Shown here: piece by piece, positions 9,573 through 20,572 of the stretch | Numbering within the stretch: the first letter of the stretch is position 1 | Layout of the letters: each line of letters begins with the position of its first letter | Assembly (NCBI GenBank): GCA_963771175.1 | Contig: CAVYSY010000050.1 | Coordinates: 1-64,000 of the forward strand | Length of the DNA: 64,000 nucleotides | From: an uncultured delta proteobacterium | GTDB lineage: Bacteria > Myxococcota > Myxococcia > Myxococcales > Myxococcaceae | Reading direction: 5' to 3' | Made by a program: the position numbers and the translations under genes | The notes under the pieces: model-generated | What the model saw: the letters and a program-made list of their open reading frames with translations, nothing else | Database searches by the model: none | What the model was told of the DNA's origin: nothing

Positions 9573-10457
9573 ATGCCCCGCCAGCCTCTGCCCATCGAGC
9601 GCATCGCGTGTCCCTCGCCGGAGCTCTTCCGGAAGAACTACGTGGACAGGAGTCGGCCCGTGGTGCTGACGGGGGTGGCCAGCCGGTGGCCGGCGGTGGA
9701 GCGCTGGAGCCCGGAGTTCTTCCGGGACACCTACGGCAGCCACCGGATCCACGTCGAGCAGAGCAGGTCCGAGGTGCCCTCGAATGAGCCGCTGGAGTAC
9801 CTGCGCAACCGGTACTACCGCGAGGAGGAGCTGGGGAAGGTCATCGACCTGATGCTCTCGGGGCAGCACCCTCCCGGGGCGTACTACGTGACGTACTCGA
9901 GCATCTTCGAGACGGTCCCCACGCTCCACGAGCAGATCGAGCCGCTGCACCGGACGCTCGGCATCCCGGCGCACTACCCCGAGTCCCTGAAGCGGAGACT
10001 CTCGCTGAAGCCCGGGTTCTGGCTGGGGCCTGGGGGCACGGTGTCCGCGGTCCACTTCGATCGACAGGAGAACTTCAACGCCCAGGTGACCGGGCGGAAG
10101 AAGTGGACGCTCTTCGCGCCCTCGGACTCGCGCAACCTCTACTACCCGTCGCTGGAGCTGCCGACGGTGCTCTTCAGCCCGATCGACGTCGAGCAGCCGG
10201 ATTCGCGGCGCTTCCCGCGCTTCGACGAGGCCCAGCCCTACGAGACCATCCTGGAGCCGGGCGAGGTGCTCTTCATCCCCGTGGGCTGGTGGCACCACGT
10301 CCGGTCGCTGGAGATGTCCATCTCGCTGAACTTCTGGTGGTGGACGCTGGCCTCCGCGTGGACGACGGCCCGCATCAATTATCAGTACGCGCGCAAGCAC
10401 GCCCTGCGGCTGACGGGGCGGCAAGGCGCCTCGGGCGCCTCGATGCCGGTGCGCTGA
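9573..10457 (+). CDS. JmjC/cupin-like Fe(II)/2-oxoglutarate dioxygenase
   Basis: WLGPGGTVSAVHFD...QVTGRKKW...LEPGEVLFIPVGWWHHV (HxD...H triad). Confidence 0.9.
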   Translation: MPRQPLPIERIACPSPELFRKNYVDRSRPVVLTGVASRWPAVERWSPEFFRDTYGSHRIHVEQSRSEVPSNEPLEYLRNRYYREEELGKVIDLMLSGQHPPGAYYVTYSSIFETVPTLHEQIEPLHRTLGIPAHYPESLKRRLSLKPGFWLGPGGTVSAVHFDRQENFNAQVTGRKKWTLFAPSDSRNLYYPSLELPTVLFSPIDVEQPDSRRFPRFDEAQPYETILEPGEVLFIPVGWWHHVRSLEMSISLNFWWWTLASAWTTARINYQYARKHALRLTGRQGASGASMPVR

Positions 10458-10466
10458 GGCGCGGCG

Positions 10467-11537
10467 TCACATGCGCCGCAGGATGGCGTCCATCGCGCAG
10501 CTCGTGTTGTAGCCGAAGAAGTCCGCGTAGAAGGTGTCGACCTTGTAGTCGGCACGGTGGTTCCACAGGAACCGGCCCAGCCCGTCCTCGACATGGGGCT
10601 CGGTCTCGGTGACCGGGCCGCTCTCGGGATCCTCGACGATGACGTAGTCGCCCGGCTGCAGGTACGGGTGCAGGTACGAGAGCAGGCCATTCACGTTGAC
10701 GTGCGCGTCCTCGAGGATGATCCACGGGTGGGGGGCGCTCTTCAGCATCTCCGGCGTGAAGACCTGCTCGATCTCGTGGCTGTCGCCCTGGAGGAAGCTC
10801 ACCCGGGGGTGGGAGAGGGGCGGCTTCACCAGATCATAGGTGTAGAGGTGGCAGTCGAGGCCGAGTCCCGTGAGCTGATCGGCGAGCCACAGGGCGCCGC
10901 CGCCGCTGGCCGTGCCGCTCTCGAAGATCGTCCTCGGCTTGAGGTCCCAGAGGAGGCGAGGGTAGAGGCTGATGTCGAAGACGGTCTTGAAGAGGGGGAC
11001 ACCCCGCCAGCGCATGCAGTCCGCCACGCCCTGGCTCATGGCGAAGACCTGATCGGGGACCTCGCGCCCCAGCAGCGGGGAGCGCTCGAAGTAGTCGACG
11101 AACCGGCCCTGGCTGCGCCGGGTCATGTGCGCGCGGAAGGTCTCCAGGGCCCGCGTGGCCTGCTCGTCGAGCGGCACGGGAATGCCCCGGGGGGCCATCT
11201 CCAACAGGGGGCCGAGCGTGGAGCGCACGGCGTTGGCCAGGTAGGTGCTGACGCCCGGGTAGACGTGGTTGCGCTCGATGTCCTCGCGGAACCCGCGCAC
11301 CTGCTCGGCGAGTCGCTCGCCCTCGACGGGGGGAATCTGCCGGTAGAAGCCGACCGTGTGCTCCGCCCGGTGGCGCTCGGGCGCGGAGCCCGTTCGGAAG
11401 TCCTTCGCGCAGGTCTCGCAGAGATCGGCGCGGCAGTCGAAGCAGTGGAACCTGCTCCCGAGTGGTTGCTGGCAGCGATCACAGATGAAGCTTGCCAGTT
11501 GGGCGAAGCCTTCGGTCCTCGGGTGGGCTGCTCTCAA
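10467..11537 (-). CDS. CmcI (cephalosporin hydroxylase)-family methyltransferase with N-terminal ZZ-type zinc finger
   Basis: CDRC..RFHCFDC.ADLCETC..HRAEH, then MRWRGVPLFK..D...Y..LLWDLKPRTIFESGTASGG and GDYVIVED. TTG start with GGAGGAG upstream. Confidence 0.85.
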   Translation of the reverse strand: MRAAHPRTEGFAQLASFICDRCQQPLGSRFHCFDCRADLCETCAKDFRTGSAPERHRAEHTVGFYRQIPPVEGERLAEQVRGFREDIERNHVYPGVSTYLANAVRSTLGPLLEMAPRGIPVPLDEQATRALETFRAHMTRRSQGRFVDYFERSPLLGREVPDQVFAMSQGVADCMRWRGVPLFKTVFDISLYPRLLWDLKPRTIFESGTASGGGALWLADQLTGLGLDCHLYTYDLVKPPLSHPRVSFLQGDSHEIEQVFTPEMLKSAPHPWIILEDAHVNVNGLLSYLHPYLQPGDYVIVEDPESGPVTETEPHVEDGLGRFLWNHRADYKVDTFYADFFGYNTSCAMDAILRRM

Positions 11538-11613
11538 GTCTTCTCCTCCGGGAGGGTTCGTCGCGTGGGGGACGCTTGACGGGAGTCGGAGCGGGTCCGT
11601 CTAATCTGGACTC

Positions 11614-12489
11614 ATGGGCAAGCAGGTGGATCAGATCGAGCGAGTCGAGGGGATCGACCCCGAGCGATTCCATGAGGACTACGTCAGGCGTGGAGTCCCG
11701 GTCATCATCACCGGGGTGGCTTCGACGTGGCAAGCCTGCGGCAAGTGGACGCCCGAGTATTTCGCGAGGGAGTTCGGCGACACGCCGGTGCAGGTGGAGG
11801 TCCAGCGCAGCAGGGATCCGCGCAAGCACTGGAACGAGAAGGAGGTGCTCGACACCACGCTGGCGAAGTACGTCGAGCTGCTGCCCTCGGAGAGCCCGAA
11901 GTACTACCTGAACTTCGCGTCGGTGATGGAGCGCCTTCCCGCGCTGCACGCGGACGTGGGCTCGCTCGACGCGTACCAGAGGCACCACCGCCCGTACCCC
12001 GCGGCGGTGCGTAGGAAGCTGAAGCTCTCTCCCATCTTCTGGTTCGGACCGGCGGGCGCCTTCACGACGCTCCATCGGGATCCATCCGACAACCTGCTGG
12101 TGCAGCTCTTCGGGCGCAAGCGGCTGTCGATCTTCGCTCCGGAGGACACGCCCTACCTGTACGCGCCGTGGCACGACAACTGTACGGCGAACCGCTGCAT
12201 CGGCGGGTACAGCCCGATTGACGTCGACAATCCCGATCTCGGCAGGTTCCCGCTCTTCAGCAGGGCCCGGCGTCTGGACGTCACGCTGAGCCCCGGGGAG
12301 ATGCTCTTCCTCCCCGTGCACTGGTGGCACTTCGTCACGTCGATCGATGTGTCGATCTCGGTGTCGTATTGGTGGTTCCACCGGCTGTCGAACTGGCACT
12401 GGAGCACGGCGGCCTGGATGCCGCTCGCCTCCGCGGTGGGCTGCCGGCTCCGGCACCTCCGGGGAGAGCGCGCCGCTCGTGCCGCTTGA
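11614..12489 (+). CDS. Second JmjC/cupin-like Fe(II)/2OG dioxygenase
   Basis: FWFGPAGAFTTLHRD...QLFGRKR...LSPGEMLFLPVHWWHFV; paralogous to 9573-10457. Confidence 0.9.
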   Translation: MGKQVDQIERVEGIDPERFHEDYVRRGVPVIITGVASTWQACGKWTPEYFAREFGDTPVQVEVQRSRDPRKHWNEKEVLDTTLAKYVELLPSESPKYYLNFASVMERLPALHADVGSLDAYQRHHRPYPAAVRRKLKLSPIFWFGPAGAFTTLHRDPSDNLLVQLFGRKRLSIFAPEDTPYLYAPWHDNCTANRCIGGYSPIDVDNPDLGRFPLFSRARRLDVTLSPGEMLFLPVHWWHFVTSIDVSISVSYWWFHRLSNWHWSTAAWMPLASAVGCRLRHLRGERAARAA

Positions 12490-12520
12490 TTGACGTCCTC
12501 AACTAAAAGGCCTGCTCGCC

Positions 12521-13045
12521 ATGTCAAATCCTCTCCGCCGTCTCGTGTTGATGGTTGTCGGCTCCTGCGCGGTATGTGCCCTCGGAGCGTGTTCGAGCGT
12601 CACAGCCGCAACCCAACCCACCGCGTCGCTCTCGGTGCGCGAGCTGAACATCGTCGACGAGCAGGGTCAGGCGCGCCTTCGCATTGGCGCGCCGCTGCCC
12701 GATCCCAAGGGCCTCAAACGCAAGGTGAAGGCCGTTGGCATCCAGTTCATGGACCCGAACGGGCAGGAGATCGGAGGGCTCGCCATGCTCGATTCCATCG
12801 ACTTCCGCGGGCTGTGTTTCGACAGCGAGGAGGGCTACGAGGCGATTTGCATGAGCCTCATCAAGGGACAGCCCAGCGTCGTCTTCCGCTACGACTGGCA
12901 GGAGCGCATCTCCATTGGCGTAGAGAATGGCGTGGCGAGCGTCGTCCTCAACGACGCCCAGGGCAATCCGCACCTGCGGCTCGAGGTCGACAAGGACGGC
13001 AAGACGCGGGTCGTAGCGGCGACTCCGATCCCGGCGAGCAACTAG
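12521..13045 (+). CDS. Hypothetical lipoprotein (beta-rich)
   Basis: Signal peptide with lipobox ALGAC; repeated IVD.QG..RLR / LND.QG..LRL segments. Confidence 0.75.
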   Translation: MSNPLRRLVLMVVGSCAVCALGACSSVTAATQPTASLSVRELNIVDEQGQARLRIGAPLPDPKGLKRKVKAVGIQFMDPNGQEIGGLAMLDSIDFRGLCFDSEEGYEAICMSLIKGQPSVVFRYDWQERISIGVENGVASVVLNDAQGNPHLRLEVDKDGKTRVVAATPIPASN

Positions 13046-13079
13046 GGAGAGAGCCTTCTGTTACACCCGGGTTCCTCGG

Positions 13080-13976
13080 CTACTTCGTGGAACCCGGTGA
13101 TGTGTTCTGGGGTCGCTGATAGAGCTTCTCTCTCCATTCGAGGAACTCACGTGTGGGAGGGGTATCGCTCTCGAACGTCACGTAGCTCCTGGGCTCCGCC
13201 TTGGGGTGCTCCGGGCGCGGGCCCTCGGGAAGTGGTGAGGTCTCCGGGCACGGCTGAAACGCGTTCACCTGGATTCTGGACCGAGGTCCCGGGCAGAAAT
13301 ACCAGCACGTCCAGCCCGTGGGGGTGTGGTCGTTGCCGCGGAGATAGCAGGTGTCGGGAATCCGGAAGAGGCGCATGGCGTCCTCCAGTGTCCTGCGCAG
13401 CTCCGCCCGAGCTGGATCGCCCTGACTCCACGTTGCTTCCTGTGACTGGGCCTTCTTCAGCCAGGAGAGGGCGGCGGCATCTCCCAGGCGCTCCAGCTGC
13501 CAGATGAGCGATTGACGTCGATACGGCTCCCGTTCGGACAGCAGTCGCTTGCCAACGATACGGACCGCATCCCCTCTGGATGCGTACGAGACCAGCAGCT
13601 CGATGACCCGGTTCGCTCCCCAGGCATCGCCCGTCGTGCCCAGGGCCAGCGCCTCCAGCTTCGGAAGCGAGCGTGGCAGGTCGAAGACCACCAGCCCTCG
13701 CATCGCGACGTCCAGGTACTGCCTCTCCCGGGCGTTCCGGGGGGACCGGTAGCGGATGAAGAGGCGCTGGTACAAGGGCACGGCCTCGGGCCCCTGCTCG
13801 GCGAGGAAGTCCCCAACGGAGTCTGGCTCTGGATGGACCACGCAGAAGCCCCGGGAGGCCCGGTAGTCACGCTCCTCCTTCATTGCGCGTTCGAGCGCCA
13901 CGCGCCGGGCATGGGCGCCGCAGCCCGTGAGCAGTGGGAGCAAGACCCAGACGATGATGGGCAGGCGGATGCTCAT
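13080..13976 (-). CDS. Hypothetical lipoprotein, helical/HEAT-like with Cys-rich C-terminus
   Basis: Lipobox LLTGC; plausible ORF. Confidence 0.65.
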   Translation of the reverse strand: MSIRLPIIVWVLLPLLTGCGAHARRVALERAMKEERDYRASRGFCVVHPEPDSVGDFLAEQGPEAVPLYQRLFIRYRSPRNARERQYLDVAMRGLVVFDLPRSLPKLEALALGTTGDAWGANRVIELLVSYASRGDAVRIVGKRLLSEREPYRRQSLIWQLERLGDAAALSWLKKAQSQEATWSQGDPARAELRRTLEDAMRLFRIPDTCYLRGNDHTPTGWTCWYFCPGPRSRIQVNAFQPCPETSPLPEGPRPEHPKAEPRSYVTFESDTPPTREFLEWREKLYQRPQNTSPGSTK

Positions 13977-14018
13977 GACACCCCGGAAGAGCACGTGTAC
14001 CGAGGCATCTTCACCCGG

Positions 14019-14042
14019 CCCCTCTCCCGCTGGCGAGAGGGG
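14019..14042. repeat. Intergenic hairpin (REP-like/terminator-like)
   Basis: CCCCTCTC-8 nt-GAGAGGGG just downstream of mutS2. Confidence 0.4.
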
Positions 14043-14077
14043 ATTGTGACTCGGCGGTGGTCCGCCGGACCTCGGGC

Positions 14078-16491
14078 TCAGGCCCGCAGGGCCACCACCG
14101 TCACGCCGTCGCCGCCCTCGTGGTTCTCGCCCGGGCGGAACATCCGGATGTACGGCGAGGCCGCGAGGTAGTCGCGGATGGCCTGCTTGAGCGCGCCGGT
14201 CCCGTGCCCGTGGATGATGAGCGCGGACTCCTCGCCGCTGCGCAGCCCCGGTCGAGGAAGGACTCCACCTCGCGCAGCGCGTCCTCGGCTCGCATGCCTC
14301 GCACGTCGCAGCGGTAGTTCGTCGCCTCCACCGCCTCCGGGGCCGCCTGCCTTCGCCTGCTGGAGCGCTGCACCTGCTTGTTGCGCTCGGGGAACTTCGG
14401 TTCCTTCGCCTTCGCCGTCCGCGAGCCCGACAGCTCCGACACCGGCACGCGCATCTTCAGGATGCCCGCCGCCACCAGCGCCTGGTCTCCCGTCAGCTCG
14501 AGGATCTCCACGTCCTTGTCCAGGCCCGAGTGCCGCACCCACGCGCCCACCTTCAGCTCGGCCGGCGGTGGGGCCTCCACCTGGAACAGCTCCGCCCGCG
14601 CCGCCTTCGCCCGCTGGTTGGCCTCCTCCGCCCGCTGCAGCAGCTCCGCCCGCGCCTCCGCCGCCGCCTTCTCGTTCGACTGCGACCGCAGCACCTTCAG
14701 CAGCTCCTGCACCTCCGTCGCCGCCTGGTCGCTCGCCGCCGCCACTCTTCGTGGAGGCGCATCGCCTCGCCTTGCGCTCCCGCTCGAACTGCTGCTCTGC
14801 TCCTCCAACTGCGCGCGCAGCCGCTCGGCCTCCTCCGCCGCCACCTTCGCCCGCTCCAGCTCGTCGTGCAGCTTCGCGCCGCTCCTCCTCCGCGGCCGCC
14901 AGCGCCTTGGCCAGCGGGCCGCCCGCGTTGCATGGCCAGGTCTCGCGCGCGCTCGCAGATGTGCGCCGGCAGCCCCATGCGCGCCGCCACGTCGATGGCC
15001 GACGACGCACCCGCCGCGCCCAGTCTGCAGCTTGTAGGTGGGCGCCATCCGCTTCGCGTCGAAGCCCACCCGCGCGTTCAGGAAGCGCGGATCCAGGTGC
15101 GCCAGCGCCTTGAGCTCCTCGAGGTGCGTGGTGACCAGCACCACCGCGCCCCCGGTGAGCAGCTCCTCCAGCACGGCGATGGCGATGGCCGCGCCCTCGC
15201 GCGGATCGGTGTCCGCGGCGATCTCGTCGATGAGCACCAGCGAGTTCCGGCCCGCCGACGCGGCGATGTCGCGCAGCATCGCCACGTGCGCGCTGAAGGT
15301 GGACAGGCCCTGCGCCAGGTCCTGCGCGTCGCCGACCGTGGAGTGCACCGAGCGGAAGAGCGGCATCCGCGAGCCGCTCGGCCGCCGGAATCGGCAGGCC
15401 GGCGCGCAGCATCAGCGCGCACAGGCCCACCGCCGTCAGCGTCACCGTCTTGCCGCCCGCGTTGGGGCCGGAGACCACCAGCGCGCGCGCCTCGCCCTTG
15501 AGCCGCACGTCGTTGGCCACCACCTCGCCGCCCTTGAGCACCAGCAGCGGGTGGCGCAGCGCGCAGCAGCGCCAGCGCACCGTCGCCGGTGCAGCTCCGG
15601 CGCGGTCGGCGCCGCAGGTCGCGCGGCCAGCTCCGCCGCCGCCTCGGCCTCGTCCAGCTCGCCGACGGCGTCGATCCCCTCGAGGATGCGCGTCCGACTC
15701 GCGGCCCAGCAGGTCCGACAGCTCCTGCAGGACCCGGCGCTCCTCCTCCAGCACCACCGACTGCGCGATGGCCAGGTCGTTGCCCAGGCCCACCAGCGCC
15801 TGCGGCTCGACGAAGAGCGTCTGCCCGGACTGGCTCGCGTTGTGGACGATGCCCGGCACCTCGGCGCGGTGTTGGGCCAGCACCGGCACCACGTAGCGCT
15901 CGTTGCGCAGGGTGTAGTAGCTCTCGCGCAGGTTGGGCAGGAACTTCTCGTCGTGCAGCAGCTTGTCGAGCCGCGCACTTGATGCTCCGGTGCAGGCCGC
16001 GGATCCGGTCTCGCGCCTCCTTGCAGCTCGGGGCTGGCGCGGTCGGAGATCTCCCCGTCCGGCCTCGAAGCACCGGTCGATGCGTCACCGCCAGCGACTC
16101 CAGCATCCGGCAGCCGCCGGCCGATGGCCGCCAGCCGGGGCACCGCGTGCTGCGCGCTCCTCCAGCGCCTCGCGGGTCCGGACGAAGGCGAACAGCAGCT
16201 GCGCGCGAGGCGATGAGCTCGCCGCGGCTCCAGCAGGCCGCCCTTCTCGGCGCGCCCCATGGCGCTGCGCAGGTCGCTCACCCCGCCCAGCGGCAGGGAG
16301 AACTGCTCCTGGCCGAGGCGGCGCGCCTCGGCGACGAGGGTGAGCGCATCGGCCACCTGCGCCTCGCGCGAGTCGAGGAAGGGACGCGCGAGCGCCCGCT
16401 CCCTTCCGGGTGCGGTGCGGCAGCGGTGGGCCAGGGCGCGGAGCACGTCCGCGAAGCCGAGGTCTTCGAGGGTTCTCTGGGCGATCTGCAC
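14078..16491 (-). CDS. mutS2: Endonuclease MutS2 (multiple apparent frameshifts)
   Basis: VHNASQSGQTLFVEP, Walker A SGPNAGGKT, LSTFSAH, LIDEIAADTDPREG, VTTH, and Smr domain IIHGHGTGAL...EGGDGVTV across frames. Confidence 0.9.
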
Positions 16492-16581
16492 GGTCAGGGT
16501 TTCAAGCGCGGCCGGTGCGCCGTCAAGGAGGAAGTGTAGGTTGTGGACAGGCGAGCCGACGGCTCTGGTATGCTGCCGGCC

Positions 16582-17300
16582 ATGCGCTCTGGCTTCTGGC
16601 TTGCGTGGTAGCGCTCGCGGCGGCGCATGGACGCCCCACCGCTCCGGCGCGAGGCCTGACCCCGGCCCTCGCGCCGGGAGGCCGCAGGGCGACGACGCCG
16701 GGGCGCTCGCCGCCGTGGAGGCCCTCATCCGCGCCCGGCCCACCTGGGCGCTGCCGCGCCTCGAGGCGGCGCGCCTGCTGCTCAAGTTGGGCAGCCGACC
16801 TGCGACGCGTCGAGGCCCACCTGGACGTGGCCGGCGCGCTCGGCCCCGGACCAACCCCCGGCGTCCACTACCTGCGGGGGCTGCTCTGGGAGGAGCGGGG
16901 GCAGCCCCGCGCGCTGCCCGTGCGTACGAGCGGGCGTGCTGCTACCGCGCAGCCTACGAGGACGCCCGCTTCCGGCTCGCCGGCCTCTGGCCTGCCCAGG
17001 GCGACTGGCTGCAAGGCCGAGCTGCACTACCGCCTCCTCAGCCGCGCCCGCCCCGAGTGGGTGCAGGTGCGCCTGCAGCTCGCCCAGGTCCTCGAGCAGC
17101 AGGGCCGGGTGGCGGACGCCGAGCGGGAGCTGCAGGCGCTCCTGAAGGCCCAGCCGGGCAACCCCCTGGTGCTGCGCCGGCTGGCGGAGCTCTACGAGCG
17201 CACCGGACGCCCCGAGCTCGCCAGCGAAGCTGCGAAGGTCCAGCCTGGAGCCCCCCGCCGCCCAAGAAGAAGATGCGCCCCCTGCGTCCGTCGCAGGTCG
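16582..17300 (+). CDS. Tetratricopeptide repeat protein (frameshifted; ends approximate)
   Basis: TPR-like segments HYLRGLLWEERG and VRLQLAQVLEQQGRVADAERELQALLKAQPGNP. Confidence 0.7.
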
Positions 17301-17367
17301 GCAGGCGAACCTTTCGAGCCGGCTGCCCGATTGCGCCCCGTGCGCCACTGCATACACTGCGCCCGCC

Positions 17368-18641
17368 TTGAAGACCGCCAACCTCGCCATCGTCTTCACC
17401 GACATCAAGGGCTTCACCGAGCGCACCAGCCGGCAGACCCTGGAGGAGAACCAGCGGCTGCTGCGGACGCACACCACGCTGCTCGCGCCGCTCTTCAAGG
17501 CCTTCGGCGGGCGCATCGTCAAGTCCATCGGCGACGCGTTCCTCGTCACCTTCGAGTCGCCCACCCAGGCCGTGCTCAGTCGGCATGGCCATCCAGGACC
17601 GGCTCTGGCAGCACAACCGCGGCGCCCCCGAGGCCGAGCGGCTCGACGTGCGCGTGGCCATCAACGTGGGCGAGGTGCGGCTCGAGTCCAACGACGTCTT
17701 CGGCGAGCCGGTCAACATCGCCGCCCGCGTGGAGGCGCATCGCCGAGGCCGGCGAGGTGTACTTCACCGAGGCCGTCTACCTCGCGATGAACAAGGCCGA
17801 GGTGCCCTCGCAGGAGGTGGGCGCCTTCGAGCTCAAGGGCATCCCCGGGAAGATCCGCGTCTTCCGCGTGCCGCACGCCCCCTACCGCGTGGAGGCGCCC
17901 GGCGTGGAGCACCTGGCGCGCCGGCTCCGAGGCGCTGCCGCCCTGCGGGAACCTGCGGCTCCGCGCCTCGCCGGGGCCGCGCCCTCTCGCGCCCGTCGCC
18001 GAGCTCGGCGCTCCAGCGTCGGGTCCGGAGCTCGCCGCCACCGCGGCACGCCGTGCGGCGAGCGCTCGGTGGGCAGCTGAGCAGCGCACGGGCCATGCGC
18101 TCGTCGGCTGCAAGCGCCGGGCGCGCCTGCCCGTCGCGCCCCGCGACGCTGGGGTGGGCGTCGGAGTGCTGGCGCTGCTGCTCGGGCGCTCGGCTTCGTG
18201 CTGCGGGACGGCAGCCGCGTGCAGCGCGCCATCGAGGGCGTGGCGGACGCCTCCTCCGAGGAGCGCCGGCGCGCTGGCGGAGAAGGCCCAGCAAGCTCAT
18301 CGCCGAGGAGAAGGACGCCGGGCGAGCGGGCCTATCTCCTCGGGCAGCTCGACGAGGCCATGGGCTCGCTCGGCCGGGCGGTGGGCCACTACCGCACCGC
18401 GGTGCGCGCCGAGCAACGGCGACGCGGAGGACCGGCTCATCGAGCTGCTCGGAGCACTCGGAGTGCCGGGTGCGCGCGAGCGCCGCCGAGGCGCTGGGAG
18501 ACCTGCAAGGTGGGGTCCGCGCGCGGCGAGCTGGAGGATCTGGCCGAGGACGGCGGCCCTGACGAGGACCCGGACATCCGCTCTTCGGGTGCAACTCGCG
18601 CAAGCGCGGCGCAGCGAGCCCTGGAGCGGCTCGGACACTGA
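17368..18641 (+). CDS. Class III adenylate/guanylate cyclase domain protein with TM and C-terminal HEAT-like region (frameshifted)
   Basis: IVFTDIKGFT, VKSIGDAFL, RVAINVGEV, DVFGEPVNIAAR, ELKGIP. Confidence 0.85.
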
Positions 18642-18691
18642 AGCGCGTGGGCCAGCTGCGAAGACTTGAGGACCTCGTGAAGGGGGACGAC

Positions 18692-19889
18692 GTGAGACGG
18701 GTGAAGACGGGACTGGATGTCTGGGTGGAGCAGGGCTTCGCGCGCGCTGAAGGGCAAGCGGGTGGGGGCCATCGTCAACCCCACCAGCGTGGACTCGCGC
18801 TTCCGCCACCTGGCGGACCTGCTGGCCGCAGGCGCCCGGCGTGACGCTGGCGGCGCTCTTCGGCCCCGAGCACGGCGTGCGCGGCGAGGCCCAGTACATG
18901 GTCGCCGTGGGACGACGCGCGCGACCGGCGCACCGGCGTCCCCGTGCACAGCCTCTACGGCTCCACCTTCGAGTCGCTCTCGCCCGCGCCCCGAGTGGCT
19001 GGAGGGCCTGGACGCGCTCGTCTTCGACATCCAGGACGTGGGCAGCCGCTACTACACCTACGTCTACACGATGGCCCTGGCCATGAAGGCCGCCGCCAAG
19101 GCGAAGCGTGCCCTTCTACGTGCTGGACCGGCCCAACCCCTCGACGGCGTCACCGTCGAGGGCAACCTCGTGGGCGAGGGCTACCGCTCCTTCGTGGGCC
19201 TCTACCCGCTGCCCAACCGGCACGGCATGACGGCCGGCGAGCTGGCGCGCCTCTTCAACGACGAGCAGGGCTTCGGCTGCGAGCTCACGGTGGTGCCCTG
19301 CGAGGGGTGGCGCCGCGAGGAGTTCTGGGACGACACCGGGCTGCCCTTCATCCCGCCCTCGCCCAACATGCCCACCCCGGACACCGCGCTCGTCTACCCG
19401 GGCATGTGCCTGGGCGAGGGCACCAACGTCTCCGAGGGCCGCGGCACCTGCCGTCCCTTCGAGCAGTTCGGCGCGCCCTGGGTGGACACGGACGCGCTGC
19501 TGGCGCGCCTGGAGACGCGAGAAACTTCCCGGCGTCGCCTTCCGCGCCGTGGGCTTCACCCCCACCTTCGACAAGTACAAGGGCGAGTCCTGCAACGGGG
19601 CCTTCATCCACGTCACCGACCGCAGCGCCTTCCTCCCCCTGCGCACGGGCATCGCCCTCTTCCAGGCCCTCTACGAGTTGGGGCAGGGCGGAACGTTCGC
19701 CTGGCGCGAGGACGCCTACGAGTTCGTCGAGGACGTGCCCGCCTTCGACCTGCTCTGTGGCACCGACCAGGTGCGCCAGGGGATCGAGGCCGGCTGGCCG
19801 CTGGATCGCCTGCTGGAGGGCTTCGAGGCCCAGGCTCGGGAGTTCATCAAGCGGAGGGAGCTCACCTGCTGTACGCTCAAAAGTCGTGA
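18692..19889 (+). CDS. DUF1343 / NamZ-family exo-beta-N-acetylmuramidase (frameshifted)
   Basis: LFGPEHGVRG, FDIQDVGSRYYTY, RHGMTAGELA, PPSPNMPT, EGTNVSEGRGT. Confidence 0.85.
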
Positions 19890-20572
19890 GCCAAGACGTC
19901 ATTGGGATTCTGGCCGACAGCCACGGGGATCTGGCCGCCTTCGACGCGGCCTATGAGCTGTTGCGCGGGCAAGGGTGCCCAGCGCTTCATCTTCCTCGGG
20001 GGCCGCTACACCGACCTGGACGAGTGGATCCTCGACCGGCGCGAGCGCAGCCGGGGAGGCCGCGAGTACTCCGGCGCGGACTTCATCGCGGACGTGGCGC
20101 GCTGGCTGGCCGTTACCGAGCAGAAGCCCCGCCCGCGCTCGCTGTCCGTGGGCGACGCCGAGCTGCAGCAGTGCAGGAGGATCCGCTGCTCGTCCGGGAG
20201 CACTTCCTGCGCACCCCGGAGCGGGACTCGCTCCAGTACCGCGATCCGAGCATCCCCCGGAAGGTGCTGGACATGGTGGGCGACACGCTGTGCTGCCTCG
20301 TCCACGACAAGAACGACCTGAACCGGGAGGACCTGCTCAACGCGCTCATCTTCATCCACGGCAAGGAGTCCGAGCCGAAGATGGTGCAGATCGGCCCGCG
20401 CTACTTCCTCACGCCCGGGCCGGCTGGCGGGGGCGGCGGAGCAGACGTGCGCCCTGCTGGAGCGCGAGGACAACGACCTGCGCTTCTCGGCCTACCGGCT
20501 GGATGGGCACGTTGGTGATGGAGCCGCAGGTCGCTGGTGGTGGACCGTAAGTCGAAGCTGTCCGTCAAGTGA
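19886..20572 (+). CDS. Conserved hypothetical protein with metallophosphoesterase-like N-terminus (frameshifted)
   Basis: IGILADSHGD; overlaps both neighbours as in an operon. Confidence 0.6.
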
